Origin: an uncultured Bacilli bacterium
GTDB taxonomy: Bacteria > Bacillota_I > Bacilli_A > RF39 > UBA660
Assembly (NCBI GenBank): GCA_944358265.1
Contig: CALVQR010000001.1
Span: 5,042 to 69,041 of the forward strand
Length of the DNA: 64,000 nt
Direction: 5' to 3'
Made by a program: the position numbers and the translations under genes. The notes under the pieces are model-generated. The model did no database searches, had not been told where the DNA came from, and was given only the letters and a program-made list of their open reading frames with translations. Shown one piece after another: positions 1-9,346 of the stretch; position 1 is the stretch's first letter, and every line of letters begins with the position of its first letter.

Positions 1-433
1 CATTACAAATTGAATCGTTCAAATATCTTAACTGAGCTGTGGTTTGTCTACAACTATTAAACTTTTTACCATCAACAAATGAAACAGAATTAACAACAAA
101 ATGATTATGCAAACATTTCGTATTTAAATGCGTTGTAACAATCACTTCATACTTATCACCCCACATTTCATTTGCAAGTTGAATGCCAATTTCATGGGCT
201 TGGCTAGGACTAACTTCTCCTTCTTTAAATGATTGATATCCATGATATCCTAATACACCACCTGTTTTATTAAAACTCTTTTTAGTTCGATTCATTTGTT
301 CAAAAGCATATTTTTCATCGCAGTTAATTCCTGTTACAAAAAAAGACTTTTCTGTTTTATCTGTATTAGTTGCATAATTGATTGTCGATTGTAAGCTGTT
401 AAATGTTTTATCTTTATTTTTGACGTATTCCAT
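1..433 (-). CDS. Mobilization relaxase, MobA/VirD2-like relaxase domain. N-terminal part only; the gene runs off the window start.
   Basis: Reverse-strand translation from an ATG near 433 gives MEYVKNKDKTFNSLQSTINYATNTDKTEK...HLNTKCLHNHFVVNSV. This has the HxDTxHxHxHxV-like 3-His relaxase motif and an N-terminal INYxxNxxKTE block typical of Pfam Relaxase (PF03432) proteins. It lies 15 nt downstream of mobC. Confidence 0.75.
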   Translation of the reverse strand, partial: MEYVKNKDKTFNSLQSTINYATNTDKTEKSFFVTGINCDEKYAFEQMNRTKKSFNKTGGVLGYHGYQSFKEGEVSPSQAHEIGIQLANEMWGDKYEVIVTTHLNTKCLHNHFVVNSVSFVDGKKFNSCRQTTAQLRYLNDSICN

Positions 434-452
434 AGTAGATTTTAAGTTAGAA

Positions 453-815
453 TTAATTTTCCATAATTTTGTTACTGCTATATATATCACCAACTTTTTC
501 TAACTTAATTAACTTATTTATTTCTAAAATGTTTTTATCTAATTCGTCTTTATAACTATTTAAATATTTTTGATTAATATATCCTGTTTGATTTGCAATT
601 TTTGCTATCTGATTAATATTAACTCCTATTCGTCGCATTTCATTAATTAGATGAGATAATTTTAGATTAAGTCTAACATTTGGAATATATCCATCAATCA
701 TACCTCTTAAAAATTCAGATGGAGTTATTCCTAAATCATCACTCTTTTTTCTTAATTTTTGTAATTGTTCATAGCTTAATCTAAAATTAATTTGTCTTGT
801 CTTCACTTGATTCAT
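453..815 (-). CDS. mobC: Mobilization protein MobC (relaxosome accessory, ribbon-helix-helix-like)
   Basis: 120 aa with INFRLSYEQLQKL...GITPSEFLRGMI, matching the MobC family signature (RxxFRLTxxE...SEYIR). Sits immediately upstream of the relaxase. Confidence 0.7.
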   Translation of the reverse strand: MNQVKTRQINFRLSYEQLQKLRKKSDDLGITPSEFLRGMIDGYIPNVRLNLKLSHLINEMRRIGVNINQIAKIANQTGYINQKYLNSYKDELDKNILEINKLIKLEKVGDIYSSNKIMEN

Positions 816-934
816 AATTCACTTCTGATATCTCCACCATGTTTCTTTTACTTACAACACAAAGACACATTATAAAAACTCCAAATAGGACACCTATAAA
901 TAATCCAATTATAAAAAATAGCAATTCACTCATA
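812..934 (-). CDS. Small hydrophobic peptide (about 40 aa, one TM helix) translationally coupled to mobC
   Basis: Reverse-strand ORF MSELLFFIIGLFIGVLFGVFIMCLCVVSKRNNGGDIRSEL. Its stop overlaps the mobC start in an ATGA arrangement, and it has a GAAGG RBS-like motif upstream. Coordinates are approximate. Confidence 0.3.
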
Positions 935-973
935 TAATTACCTTCTTTCTTTCAAATTTATTTAAGGGGATTG

Positions 974-1019
974 GGGTGAAACCCCATATTAGGAAAATAT
1001 GCACACTTTTTTGTGTGCT
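974..1019. promoter_or_regulatory. Candidate oriT / relaxosome binding region: two short inverted repeats upstream of mobC
   Basis: GGGGTgaaACCCC (974-986) and GCACACttttttGTGTGC (1002-1019) form the only GC-rich hairpins in a 430-bp AT-rich non-coding gap 5' of mobC-relaxase. This is the usual oriT position in MobC/MobA modules. Confidence 0.35.
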
Positions 1020-1076
1020 ATACTTTTCCATTGCTTGCTATAAAACAAGAAAACATAATATTACACCCTAAATATT

Positions 1077-1244
1077 TAATCTTCATTAATATTTTTTATT
1101 TCAAAACTAATTTCTACTATGCTGTCATCAATTTCATCTAATAAAAAATCCATTGCAAGTTCCATCACTTCCAAATTATTTTCTGCTTCTAAAACAAATT
1201 CATTAACATTTTTAGATATTAATTTAACTAAATATTTGTTCATA
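1077..1244 (-). CDS. Small acidic hypothetical protein (about 56 aa)
   Basis: Reverse-strand ORF MNKYLVKLISKNVNEFVLEAENNLEVMELAMDFLLDEIDDSIVEISFEIKNINED. Tightly packed after the 1253..1579 gene. Coordinates approximate. Confidence 0.25.
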
Positions 1245-1252
1245 TAAAAACC

Positions 1253-1579
1253 TCATCTTTCTAATTTATTTTTATTTTTTCTTTCATAAGTTAAAGTTGA
1301 TAAATACTCATTTACAGATTCTCTTATGTCATCATTAATACCCAAATCATTTTTTAACCAATCATCATACAAAGTATCTAAAGGATATTCACATTTATTT
1401 AATTTCTTAATTTGTTCATCACTAAAATATCTTGAATTAGGATCAAAAAGATATGTAATTTCTTCTTTTATAGTTGTTTCATAAGATTTATCAATAATAT
1501 AAGTAGGTGTTTGTTTTTTTAAATTATTAATATATGCTTCATATTCTTTAGATATCTTTTCATATAATTTTTCTCTCAT
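1253..1579 (-). CDS. Hypothetical protein (108 aa) of the mobile module
   Basis: ORF track; no recognisable motif. Co-oriented and tightly spaced with the element ssb. Confidence 0.45.
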   Translation of the reverse strand: MREKLYEKISKEYEAYINNLKKQTPTYIIDKSYETTIKEEITYLFDPNSRYFSDEQIKKLNKCEYPLDTLYDDWLKNDLGINDDIRESVNEYLSTLTYERKNKNKLER

Positions 1580-1604
1580 ATTTTATTAATTAATAGAGAT
1601 GATA

Positions 1605-1958
1605 TTATCTATCATCTCTATCTGAATTATCTTTTTCTTGGGTACGACTTGACAAAAATGTTACTTTTTCAGCTACAATCACCATAGAATTTTTTCTTTC
1701 TCCATCTTTTTCGTAAGTATCAGTTTCAACTCTTCCTTTTACTCCAATTATGTCGCCTTTTTTACAATATTCTGCTGTGTTTTCAGCAATACCATTCCAT
1801 AATGTACATTTTATAAAATCTGTTTCATATACACCGTCTGCATTCTTATAATTTCTAGGAATAGCTAGAGTTATATTTGTTACTTTTTTCCCACTTTCTA
1901 ACTCATTAACTTCAGGATTTGAAGTTAATCTTCCTACTAATACTGTTTGATTCAACAT
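1605..1958 (-). CDS. ssb: Single-stranded DNA-binding protein, element-borne copy
   Basis: LVGRLTSNPEV...TDFIKCTLWNGIAEN...KKGDIIGVKGRVETDTYEKDGERK is a canonical SSB OB-fold. The acidic tail ends DRDDR without the usual terminal PF/IF. Confidence 0.8.
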   Translation of the reverse strand: MLNQTVLVGRLTSNPEVNELESGKKVTNITLAIPRNYKNADGVYETDFIKCTLWNGIAENTAEYCKKGDIIGVKGRVETDTYEKDGERKNSMVIVAEKVTFLSSRTQEKDNSDRDDR

Positions 1959-1960
1959 AT

Positions 1961-2275
1961 TTAATCACTCTCCTTTTTTATATATTTTTTTCTATTTTGA
2001 ATCAATTCTTCATAATAATTTTTTTGTATTTCTTTTTCTTCAATATTACATAATAATAAGAAAATAAGTTGTGATGCCTCAAATGGAAATAATCTTAATT
2101 CAGCACTTCCATCGTCTTTTAAGTATGTATATTTTATTAATTTATTATATAAGTTATTTGAGTTAATATCTTCTTCTTGAAAATCATCTTTACAATCTGT
2201 AAGATTTACTAGTTTATTAAAATAATTTTTATCCACTATTAATCGTATAGTTGGAACTTTTCTCTCTTTTTCCAT
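1961..2275 (-). CDS. Hypothetical protein (104 aa)
   Basis: ORF track; no recognisable motif. Confidence 0.4.
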   Translation of the reverse strand: MEKERKVPTIRLIVDKNYFNKLVNLTDCKDDFQEEDINSNNLYNKLIKYTYLKDDGSAELRLFPFEASQLIFLLLCNIEEKEIQKNYYEELIQNRKKYIKKESD

Positions 2276-2290
2276 TTTTATATCCTTTCT

Positions 2291-2920
2291 TTAAAAATCT
2301 TTTTTTTCAATTAAAGTTGCTATGAATACAACTTGTTTATTTGTTCCCGATATACAAGTTATCAATGATATATCGGATTCATTTGTTAGTTTTAAGCTAA
2401 TATTCCCAGTTTTATCTACCTCGTAAATATTAGTTATTTCATAAATATATTTAACATTGTTATAGTAAAAAAATATTTTATCTTTCATACCTAATTTATG
2501 TAATTTATTAAAATAAGCATTACTTGCGTTACCAGAGTGTCCTGCTAAAATTACATGACTATTGCTACTACTATTTGGAAAAATAGTTTCATCTAAGATT
2601 TCTACATTGTATTTAACATTATTAAGAGGATCAGTTATATCAACCAATCCTCTTTTAAAGTTAATTTTTGGTATTTCTAAGACTGCAATGTATGTAACTG
2701 TTGGTGTTTTTCCTACTTCCTGTTTTGTTTCTATGTTATTTATTTGTTCTTTTTCTTCTTCAAAAAAAACTTCAATTGCATTTTCTTCTTCAAGAAGCAA
2801 ATTTTTTTCAGATTCTTGTTTATTAATCCATAAAAAAAGACTCCCAACAATTAGTAGAAGTCCTATTCCAATAATTAATTTATTTTTTCTTTTTATTTTT
2901 AATAGTTTCATATATTCCAT
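2291..2920 (-). CDS. Sortase family transpeptidase (class B-like, N-terminal membrane anchor)
   Basis: N-terminal TM (LIIGIGLLLIVGSLFLWI), catalytic His context HVILAGHSG and TLxTC-type cysteine motif ISLITCISG. Immediately downstream of, and overlapping, a sorting-signal-bearing adhesin gene. Confidence 0.7.
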   Translation of the reverse strand: MEYMKLLKIKRKNKLIIGIGLLLIVGSLFLWINKQESEKNLLLEEENAIEVFFEEEKEQINNIETKQEVGKTPTVTYIAVLEIPKINFKRGLVDITDPLNNVKYNVEILDETIFPNSSSNSHVILAGHSGNASNAYFNKLHKLGMKDKIFFYYNNVKYIYEITNIYEVDKTGNISLKLTNESDISLITCISGTNKQVVFIATLIEKKDF

Positions 2921-5666
2921 AACCTAAGATTCCAATTCCACAAACAATGCCAATTACATATATAAAATCAAAAATACTTTTATTAGATTCAGTATTAGGA
3001 ACTTCTACTTTTAATTCATTAAGCATGGTCGCTTTAATTACTTCACCATTTTCTTTAATTTCAAAAGGCATTTTTTCAGTATTCAAAGTATAGCCCTCTG
3101 GGGCTTCTTTTTCTATGATATAGTACTTACCATATTTTAAATTTTCAATTACGATTTTACCTTTCTCATCAGTTCTACCACTAAACACTAATTCATTATT
3201 TTCAGTATATATTTCGATTAATGTGTTTGGTAGTGGGTTCCCTGTTGAAAAATCTAACTTTGTAAATTCTAATGTACCTTTAATTATTTCATCAGTCATA
3301 TTTGATTTAATAATTTCACCATCTTCTTTAATTTCAAAGTACATTTTTTCAGGATTTAAAAGATAACCCTCTGGGGCTTCTTTTTCTATGATATAGTACT
3401 TACCATATTTTAAATCTTCAATTATTACTTTACCATTTTCATCTGTTTTACCACTAAATATTAGTTTATCATTATCGGTATATACTTCAACTAATGTATT
3501 AGGTAATGGTTCTCCTGTTGAAATATCAGTTTTTGTAAATTCTAATATACCTTTTTTAAGTTTGTTAGTTAGATTTAATGATTCAGTCACAATTTCTGTT
3601 TTGTTATCAATTTCAGTTAATTCAATTTTATGTTCTTCTAAATCAATAACATATCCATCGATAGTTTTTGTTTCTTTTACTACGTATCTGCCTAAGAACA
3701 AGTCATTAAAAATGGCTTTACCGTCTTTATTTGTAACAACTGTTTGAATTAAATCTCCCTTTTTATAATGAAGAACACCATCTAAAGTAATTATATCTTC
3801 ATCAGCATATAACGAAAATTCTATATTTTCTAATTTTAAATTATTATCATAATGAAAACTATTATCTTCAATTATAAATGTTTCACCAGTTTTTTCTATT
3901 TCAATTTTACCCTTTATTTTTTTATTAGAAAATTTAACTTCAATATATTGACCAAAATCGTCATCATCAACTATATTTGAGTTTTCATCAATATTAAAAA
4001 TAACTCCATCTGTATTAATAACATAACCATCAGGAGTTGTTAGTTCTTCAATTTTATAACTACCACTATTTAAAGGATAAGCTGTAATAAACTCTCCATT
4101 TTCATCTGTTTTAAATTCACAAATTGTTTCTTTATCTGGATATGTAACATTTTGACAAACATAATCATTTGTTTTTAAATTTTTAATTTTAAAAGTAACC
4201 CCTTTAAAAGGAATAGAAAGTCCAGAATCCTCATCAACTTTCACTAATTTTAATTTTGCAGTGATTTCTGCATTAGAGAAAACCTTATTAATAGTTTTAC
4301 CTTCTTCACGAACTTCAAAGTGATAATCTTCAATCATTTCGTATCCAGATGTAGTAGTTAATTGTTTTAAAACATAACTTCCATATGGCAATGTAAAATA
4401 TAACTTTCCTTCTTCATCAGTTATATCTTCAAAAACTTTTTCTCCACTAGAATCATATATAGCAAATTTAGCGCCTACTTCTGGAGTCATAATTTCAGTT
4501 TTATCAGTCGCATAAACCTTTGTAAATTCAAAACTTCTCTTTATTACTTCCTCAAAGACGTCAACATTAACTAATAAATGATTTTCATCAATTGTAAAAT
4601 TATATTTTTGTGTATCTAGTGTATAACCTAAACTCGGTGTTATTTCTCTTAGATAGAACTTACCTAATTTAGGTAAATAATCGCTTATTGCATAAGAATT
4701 CTCATCTGTTGTCAAAGTAGTAATCAATTCATCACTTGAGGCATCATATACCCCATATATCGCTCCTTTTAATGTTGCCTCTCCTTGAGGCTTTACTGTT
4801 CCATTATCGACATCTTTTTTTATAATTTCCACTTTACCGCCCACTACTTTTAAATTGATTTTATAACTTATTGGATCATAAGAACCAACACGCATAACAT
4901 TTTGAGTGTTTTCTTTAAAATACACAACTGGAGGTGTACTATATTTTGTATCAGATTTTGTTAAAGTTATCTGACCATTTCCTACACCAGTTGCTTTAAT
5001 GCTTAATGAATTATCACTAATACTCGCATTTACATTAGATTGATTAGAAACTTTAAAATTATTTAATACACCGTTACTGTCGTTTAAAGTAATTGTATTT
5101 CCAATTGGAATAGTAATATTAGATGTATTAAAATTAGGTGCTTTATAATGATTAGCTACTAAGCTTTCAATTTCAGCGATTTCCGAAGCATATAACCCAT
5201 CATTTCTTGTTCCATTTAACCCATTTGTGAAATAAAAATCTCCATTTGGCTCTGCTGTTCTCCAAATTAATATTTGCGTGATATAATACCATTTTGCATC
5301 ATTATGATTTCCATATGAATAGCCATAATAAGCCAACAAACTAATTCTATCCCATTGCTCTTTTGACATGTTTAAAACCAATTCGTAGTCATCCCTAGCT
5401 ACATTATAAACATAATTATTATCAATGTTTACAAAAGGTTGCAAACAATAAACAAACGCATTATCTTCACTACGTCTTAGAAATCGTCCTTGTTGGTAAT
5501 GAACTTTCCCATTTGGTTCTACCTTATTAATATAAATATTTGGAATATATTCACTTGGCCATATTGCTTGACCAATATATTGTTCCGCATTAACTGTAGT
5601 CATACCAGTTAGTGCTATAAATCCAGTTAAAATAACTGAAAATAAAAACATTAATTTCTTTTTCAT
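2880..5666 (-). CDS. Cell-wall-anchored surface adhesin: signal peptide, N-terminal thioester-domain-like module, tandem Cna-B/prealbumin-like repeats, C-terminal sorting signal
   Basis: Signal peptide MKKKLMFLFSVILTGFIALTGMTTVNA. Candidate thioester pair Cys74 in VYCLQPF and Gln131 in YITQILIW (TQxxxW motif). Two near-identical repeats of about 90 aa (GTLEFTK(T/L)D(I/F)STG(E/N)PLPNTL...KYGKYYIIEKEAPEGY). C-terminus VPNTES, then hydrophobic stretch, then KNKKKK. Confidence 0.7.
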   Translation of the reverse strand: MKKKLMFLFSVILTGFIALTGMTTVNAEQYIGQAIWPSEYIPNIYINKVEPNGKVHYQQGRFLRRSEDNAFVYCLQPFVNIDNNYVYNVARDDYELVLNMSKEQWDRISLLAYYGYSYGNHNDAKWYYITQILIWRTAEPNGDFYFTNGLNGTRNDGLYASEIAEIESLVANHYKAPNFNTSNITIPIGNTITLNDSNGVLNNFKVSNQSNVNASISDNSLSIKATGVGNGQITLTKSDTKYSTPPVVYFKENTQNVMRVGSYDPISYKINLKVVGGKVEIIKKDVDNGTVKPQGEATLKGAIYGVYDASSDELITTLTTDENSYAISDYLPKLGKFYLREITPSLGYTLDTQKYNFTIDENHLLVNVDVFEEVIKRSFEFTKVYATDKTEIMTPEVGAKFAIYDSSGEKVFEDITDEEGKLYFTLPYGSYVLKQLTTTSGYEMIEDYHFEVREEGKTINKVFSNAEITAKLKLVKVDEDSGLSIPFKGVTFKIKNLKTNDYVCQNVTYPDKETICEFKTDENGEFITAYPLNSGSYKIEELTTPDGYVINTDGVIFNIDENSNIVDDDDFGQYIEVKFSNKKIKGKIEIEKTGETFIIEDNSFHYDNNLKLENIEFSLYADEDIITLDGVLHYKKGDLIQTVVTNKDGKAIFNDLFLGRYVVKETKTIDGYVIDLEEHKIELTEIDNKTEIVTESLNLTNKLKKGILEFTKTDISTGEPLPNTLVEVYTDNDKLIFSGKTDENGKVIIEDLKYGKYYIIEKEAPEGYLLNPEKMYFEIKEDGEIIKSNMTDEIIKGTLEFTKLDFSTGNPLPNTLIEIYTENNELVFSGRTDEKGKIVIENLKYGKYYIIEKEAPEGYTLNTEKMPFEIKENGEVIKATMLNELKVEVPNTESNKSIFDFIYVIGIVCGIGILGYGIYETIKNKKKK

Positions 5667-5675
5667 AAACCCTCC

Positions 5676-5700
5676 TTAAATTTCTCTAAAAAAAAGAACC
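5676..5700 (-). terminator. Rho-independent terminator after the 5703..6335 gene
   Basis: The reverse strand reads CAACCCtaaGGGGTTC followed by T8. Confidence 0.5.
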
Positions 5701-5702
5701 CC

Positions 5703-6335
5703 TTAGGGTTGTAATTCAAAAAACTCAAAATCTTCTCCTAAATATTTTCCTGAGTAACTTACTACATTGTTACATTTAAAACCTCCACTGTGTGTTTGCA
5801 AATATTCATTACCGTATTCTTGGCATTTTAATAAACAGTCATTTTCGTTTGAACAATATTTACTTTCATCTAAATTAATACCAAAATCTACTGTTTGCCA
5901 TTTCCATGCTGGGGAATTATAATAATCATATTCTGATATTCCCAATTTTTCCCACTCTTTTAATTCTTTTGAAGGTGTTGTAACATCCTCTGAAATACTA
6001 TTTGAAGAAATATTTTCATTTTTTTCACTTTTATTTATTATTTTATCATTTTTGTTAGTACTAGGCTGCTCTTGTATAGAATCATTATTTTCATTTTCTT
6101 TAATATTAATATCTTTGTCATTGTTTTGATTATCATTTAAATTATTTTCTTTATCTTCATCAGCTTTAATTATTTCTTTACTAGGTTTTTCATTAATTGT
6201 CAAATCAGATATATTACTTTTATTATCCTTTAAATAAAAGACATATATAAAACAGCTAACAATTATTACCAAGATAACTAAAATCATTATAATAACCTTC
6301 TTCATATTTCCACTCCTTTTTAAATTATATAGCAT
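5703..6335 (-). CDS. Membrane-anchored hypothetical protein with N/D/K-rich low-complexity linker and Cys-rich C-terminal domain
   Basis: N-terminal TM (VIIMILVILVIIVSCFIYVFYL). C-terminal region has six Cys (CSNENDCLLKCQEYGNE...FKCNN). Confidence 0.5.
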   Translation of the reverse strand: MLYNLKRSGNMKKVIIMILVILVIIVSCFIYVFYLKDNKSNISDLTINEKPSKEIIKADEDKENNLNDNQNNDKDINIKENENNDSIQEQPSTNKNDKIINKSEKNENISSNSISEDVTTPSKELKEWEKLGISEYDYYNSPAWKWQTVDFGINLDESKYCSNENDCLLKCQEYGNEYLQTHSGGFKCNNVVSYSGKYLGEDFEFFELQP

Positions 6336-6362
6336 AATAATTTATAAATTAAAAATATGTGA

Positions 6363-7190
6363 TTATCTTTCTCGATCATCTTTTTTCATGTTATTAAAAG
6401 TTTTAAGATTATCATTCCAATATTTATCATCATTTAACCAATCATAGTCATCATCATAAAGTGGAGAATCATTTTCAAATTTTTTAAAATTTAAATCTAA
6501 AGCCGACTTAAAATATCCATATTTATTTACAATTTCATTACCATCTTCATCTTTAAATTTATTACTTTTTACTTTATTAACAATATAATGAATTGACATG
6601 AATAACTGTTCTCTAGTATAACCTCTATTCAAGTAGTCACTAAATAAATTATCATAATAATTTAGATTATACTCATTACTATTTACATATCCATTTTTTA
6701 TTAATTCTTTTGTAAATATTGAATATTCATCACTATGTGATGTTTTATCTATTTTATCTATTAATTTATTAGTATTTATTATATTAGTATTTAATTGTTG
6801 TTGATTTTCCAATGTTGGACTATCCATAGGTGGAAAATCACATGTTGGATTGTTTTGACTCAAATACAAACTTTTAGGAAGATCATATACTATATATTTA
6901 TAAGTAAATAATCCTTTATTATCTTTTTGTTTTATTATTTCAATATATCCAGCATTTTTTAATTCATTTATTGCTGTTCTTATAGCCGAATAACTTTCCT
7001 TACATATGGATACTAAACCGTTAAATGAATAATCCCAATTTGGAGGTAAACTTATCATTTTACATAATAATCCAATTGATTTTAATGAAAGATTTTTATC
7101 ACGTAATATCTGATTGTTAACAATCGTAAAATTATTACTTCTCTTTATTTGAAATTCTGTTTTGTTGTTCATTTTTATACCTCCAATCAA
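6363..7190 (-). CDS. Putative plasmid/phage replication initiator (winged-HTH N-terminal domain)
   Basis: FTIVNNQILRDKNLSLKSIGLLCKMISL...SYSAIRTAINELKNAGYIEI resembles the HTH_36-type N-terminus of Firmicute Rep/DnaD-like initiators. Positioned between the partition genes and the cargo. Confidence 0.45.
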   Translation of the reverse strand: MIGGIKMNNKTEFQIKRSNNFTIVNNQILRDKNLSLKSIGLLCKMISLPPNWDYSFNGLVSICKESYSAIRTAINELKNAGYIEIIKQKDNKGLFTYKYIVYDLPKSLYLSQNNPTCDFPPMDSPTLENQQQLNTNIINTNKLIDKIDKTSHSDEYSIFTKELIKNGYVNSNEYNLNYYDNLFSDYLNRGYTREQLFMSIHYIVNKVKSNKFKDEDGNEIVNKYGYFKSALDLNFKKFENDSPLYDDDYDWLNDDKYWNDNLKTFNNMKKDDRER

Positions 7191-7210
7191 AAAAAGAGCT
7201 TGCCACAGCT

Positions 7211-8158
7211 CTATCTTTCACACTTATCACGTTCTTTTAGATGCCTACCATAAAATTCGCACGCTTTTATAACAAAGTCCTCATAATTATTTATCCTAAT
7301 ATTTTTGGGTACAACACTGCGAATTTTGTCTTCACTCAATTTGATTTTGGGGACTTGATTAGGTTTTTCTTGTTCCATAATTTCTCGTATTTTTTCTTCA
7401 TTAAGATTATTAGAATCACTTAATTTTCTAAATTCAATTGTTTGGGCATGACTGGGAGTTGATTCAGTATATCCAATAGAATCCAAAACTAACAATTGTT
7501 CATCCTTCTTTAAATATGATAATTCTACAGCTGGTCTTAGAGCTATAGATGGTGATTCTCCTAAAACAGAATTATCTACCATTTGCAATAATTCTGGAAT
7601 AAGTTCATTTAACCTAATATATCTATATACTTGGTTTTTACTTTCCCCAGCTTCTGCGCCTATTAATTCAGATGACAACTTATTTCCCACTGGGGAAGAA
7701 GTTAAATCTTGACGACTACCTTGATGTTTTATGGCATCAAGTTTCATTTTATATGCTTTTGCTTTTTCACTTGGTAAAATGAATTCACGATGCATATTTG
7801 AATCAACCATATAAATAATTGCTTCGTCATCTGACATATTTCTAACAATACATGGTATTGATTTGTTTCCAATAAGTTCTGAAGCTCTTTTTCTTCTATG
7901 ACCAGATATTATTTCATAACGTTCACCTTTTTCTCTTACAATAATAGGTTCTAGTACACCATTAGCATTAATACTCTCTTCCAATTTCCTAAGTTCATCA
8001 TTTTCTATCACTTTAAACGGATGATTTGGAAAACAATCAATCATAGATAGATCAATATTTTCTATCTTTTCTTTTTGTTTATCATCACGTTGCTCTTGTG
8101 TAGTAAAGAAATCATCTAGATTGAAATTGGGACGATCTATGTTGCTCTTTTTGTCCAT
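7211..8158 (-). CDS. parB: ParB-like partition/nuclease-domain protein (element copy)
   Basis: GVLEPIIVREKGERYEIISGHRRKRASELIG...IVRNMSDDEAIIYMVDSNMHRE is the ParB/Spo0J N-terminal box. Overlaps the parA 3' end. Confidence 0.8.
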   Translation of the reverse strand: MDKKSNIDRPNFNLDDFFTTQEQRDDKQKEKIENIDLSMIDCFPNHPFKVIENDELRKLEESINANGVLEPIIVREKGERYEIISGHRRKRASELIGNKSIPCIVRNMSDDEAIIYMVDSNMHREFILPSEKAKAYKMKLDAIKHQGSRQDLTSSPVGNKLSSELIGAEAGESKNQVYRYIRLNELIPELLQMVDNSVLGESPSIALRPAVELSYLKKDEQLLVLDSIGYTESTPSHAQTIEFRKLSDSNNLNEEKIREIMEQEKPNQVPKIKLSEDKIRSVVPKNIRINNYEDFVIKACEFYGRHLKERDKCER

Positions 8159-8942
8159 CTTCTAATACCTCTTTTGCAAAATTATTATAAGCTAAAGATA
8201 CTTTACTATTTTTATCATATGATAGAATACTTTCTCCTTGAGAAGTTGATTCTGCAACTTTAATTGCTCTAGGAATTTGTGTATTAAATAATTTAAATAC
8301 ATTACCATATGTTTCAGATAATTCTTTTCTAATATTTTTGGCTAAGTTTGTTCTTTCATCAACTAATGTTAATAAAATACCACCTACTTTTAAATCAGGA
8401 TTTATCTGTTTTCTAACTTTTAATACGGTTTGTAGTAAATGTCCCATACCCTTTGTAGCAAGAAATTGAGATTGAACAGGAATTATTACTTTATCTGAGC
8501 AAGCTAAGGCATTTATCGTAACCATACCAAGTGAAGGCATACAATCAATTAAAATATAATCGTACTTATCTTTTAGAGAACTTATTGAGTTTTTCATCGT
8601 ATATTCTCTACTCATTGCATTTACTAGACTAACTTCCATAGAAGATAATTCTAGATTTGCTGGAATAACATCTAATCCTTCAGCATGATGCAGTATAGCT
8701 TCATCAGCTTTTACTTCTCTATCAGAAACCGTTCTTTCCATAAGAGTTGCAATTGTAATAGGTATTTCATCCGTATTGTGCCATCCCATATAAGTTGTCA
8801 AATCACCTTGCGGATCTGCATCAATCAATAGCACCCTCTTACCTTTATTAGCAAGTGCCACTCCTAAACTAAAAGTTGTTGTTGTTTTTCCTACTCCTCC
8901 TTTTTGATTAGCAATAGCAATAACTTCACATTTCGGCATCAT
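8112..8942 (-). CDS. parA: ParA/Soj-type partition ATPase (element copy)
   Basis: Deviant Walker A KGGVGKTTTTFSLG and DADPQGDLT. Start moved to MMPKCEV, which sits behind an AGGAGGTGA RBS. Confidence 0.85.
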   Translation of the reverse strand: MMPKCEVIAIANQKGGVGKTTTTFSLGVALANKGKRVLLIDADPQGDLTTYMGWHNTDEIPITIATLMERTVSDREVKADEAILHHAEGLDVIPANLELSSMEVSLVNAMSREYTMKNSISSLKDKYDYILIDCMPSLGMVTINALACSDKVIIPVQSQFLATKGMGHLLQTVLKVRKQINPDLKVGGILLTLVDERTNLAKNIRKELSETYGNVFKLFNTQIPRAIKVAESTSQGESILSYDKNSKVSLAYNNFAKEVLEDGQKEQHRSSQFQSR

Positions 8943-9002
8943 TTCACCTCCTTTCTTTATATTTCCCACTTATCCACCCATTTTTTAATAAAAAAATTAA
9001 AA

Positions 9003-9030
9003 AAAAAAAGCACTTTAATCGTGCTAATAA
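9003..9030 (-). terminator. Rho-independent terminator after the 9032..9346 gene
   Basis: The reverse strand reads AGCACgattaaaGTGCT followed by a T11 run. Confidence 0.45.
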
Positions 9031-9031
9031 A

Positions 9032-9346
9032 TTATTTATAATAATTAAAATCAGATTTTTCCCATATGGATTCAAATTCATTTTCTATTTCATCTAAACT
9101 CATATTTTCAATTGCATACATATGAATTTTTATCCAATAATTATTTTTCTGTGTTCTAATAAGAAACTCATAATTATTTCTATCATATAATTCATATTCG
9201 TAAACATCAATATAATATTTAATTCCTTTTTTATCACTAATTTTTTTTTGGAAATATCTATTAGCATATGGTTCAACTTTAGGAACATCATATTCTATAT
9301 ATCCTGCATTAAATAGTACTTTAGCATTCATGTTATCACCTTTCAA
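9032..9346 (-). CDS. Hypothetical protein (104 aa)
   Basis: ORF track; overlaps the upstream metallophosphoesterase gene by 11 nt, so likely an operon. Confidence 0.45.
   Translation of the reverse strand: MKGDNMNAKVLFNAGYIEYDVPKVEPYANRYFQKKISDKKGIKYYIDVYEYELYDRNNYEFLIRTQKNNYWIKIHMYAIENMSLDEIENEFESIWEKSDFNYYK

Noticed and set aside
2562-3747. Plus-strand ORFs 2562..2927 and 3562..3747 inside the sortase and adhesin genes
   Set aside because: Antisense to strongly supported minus-strand genes. Low-complexity Ser/Phe/Leu-rich translations typical of AT-rich antisense frames.
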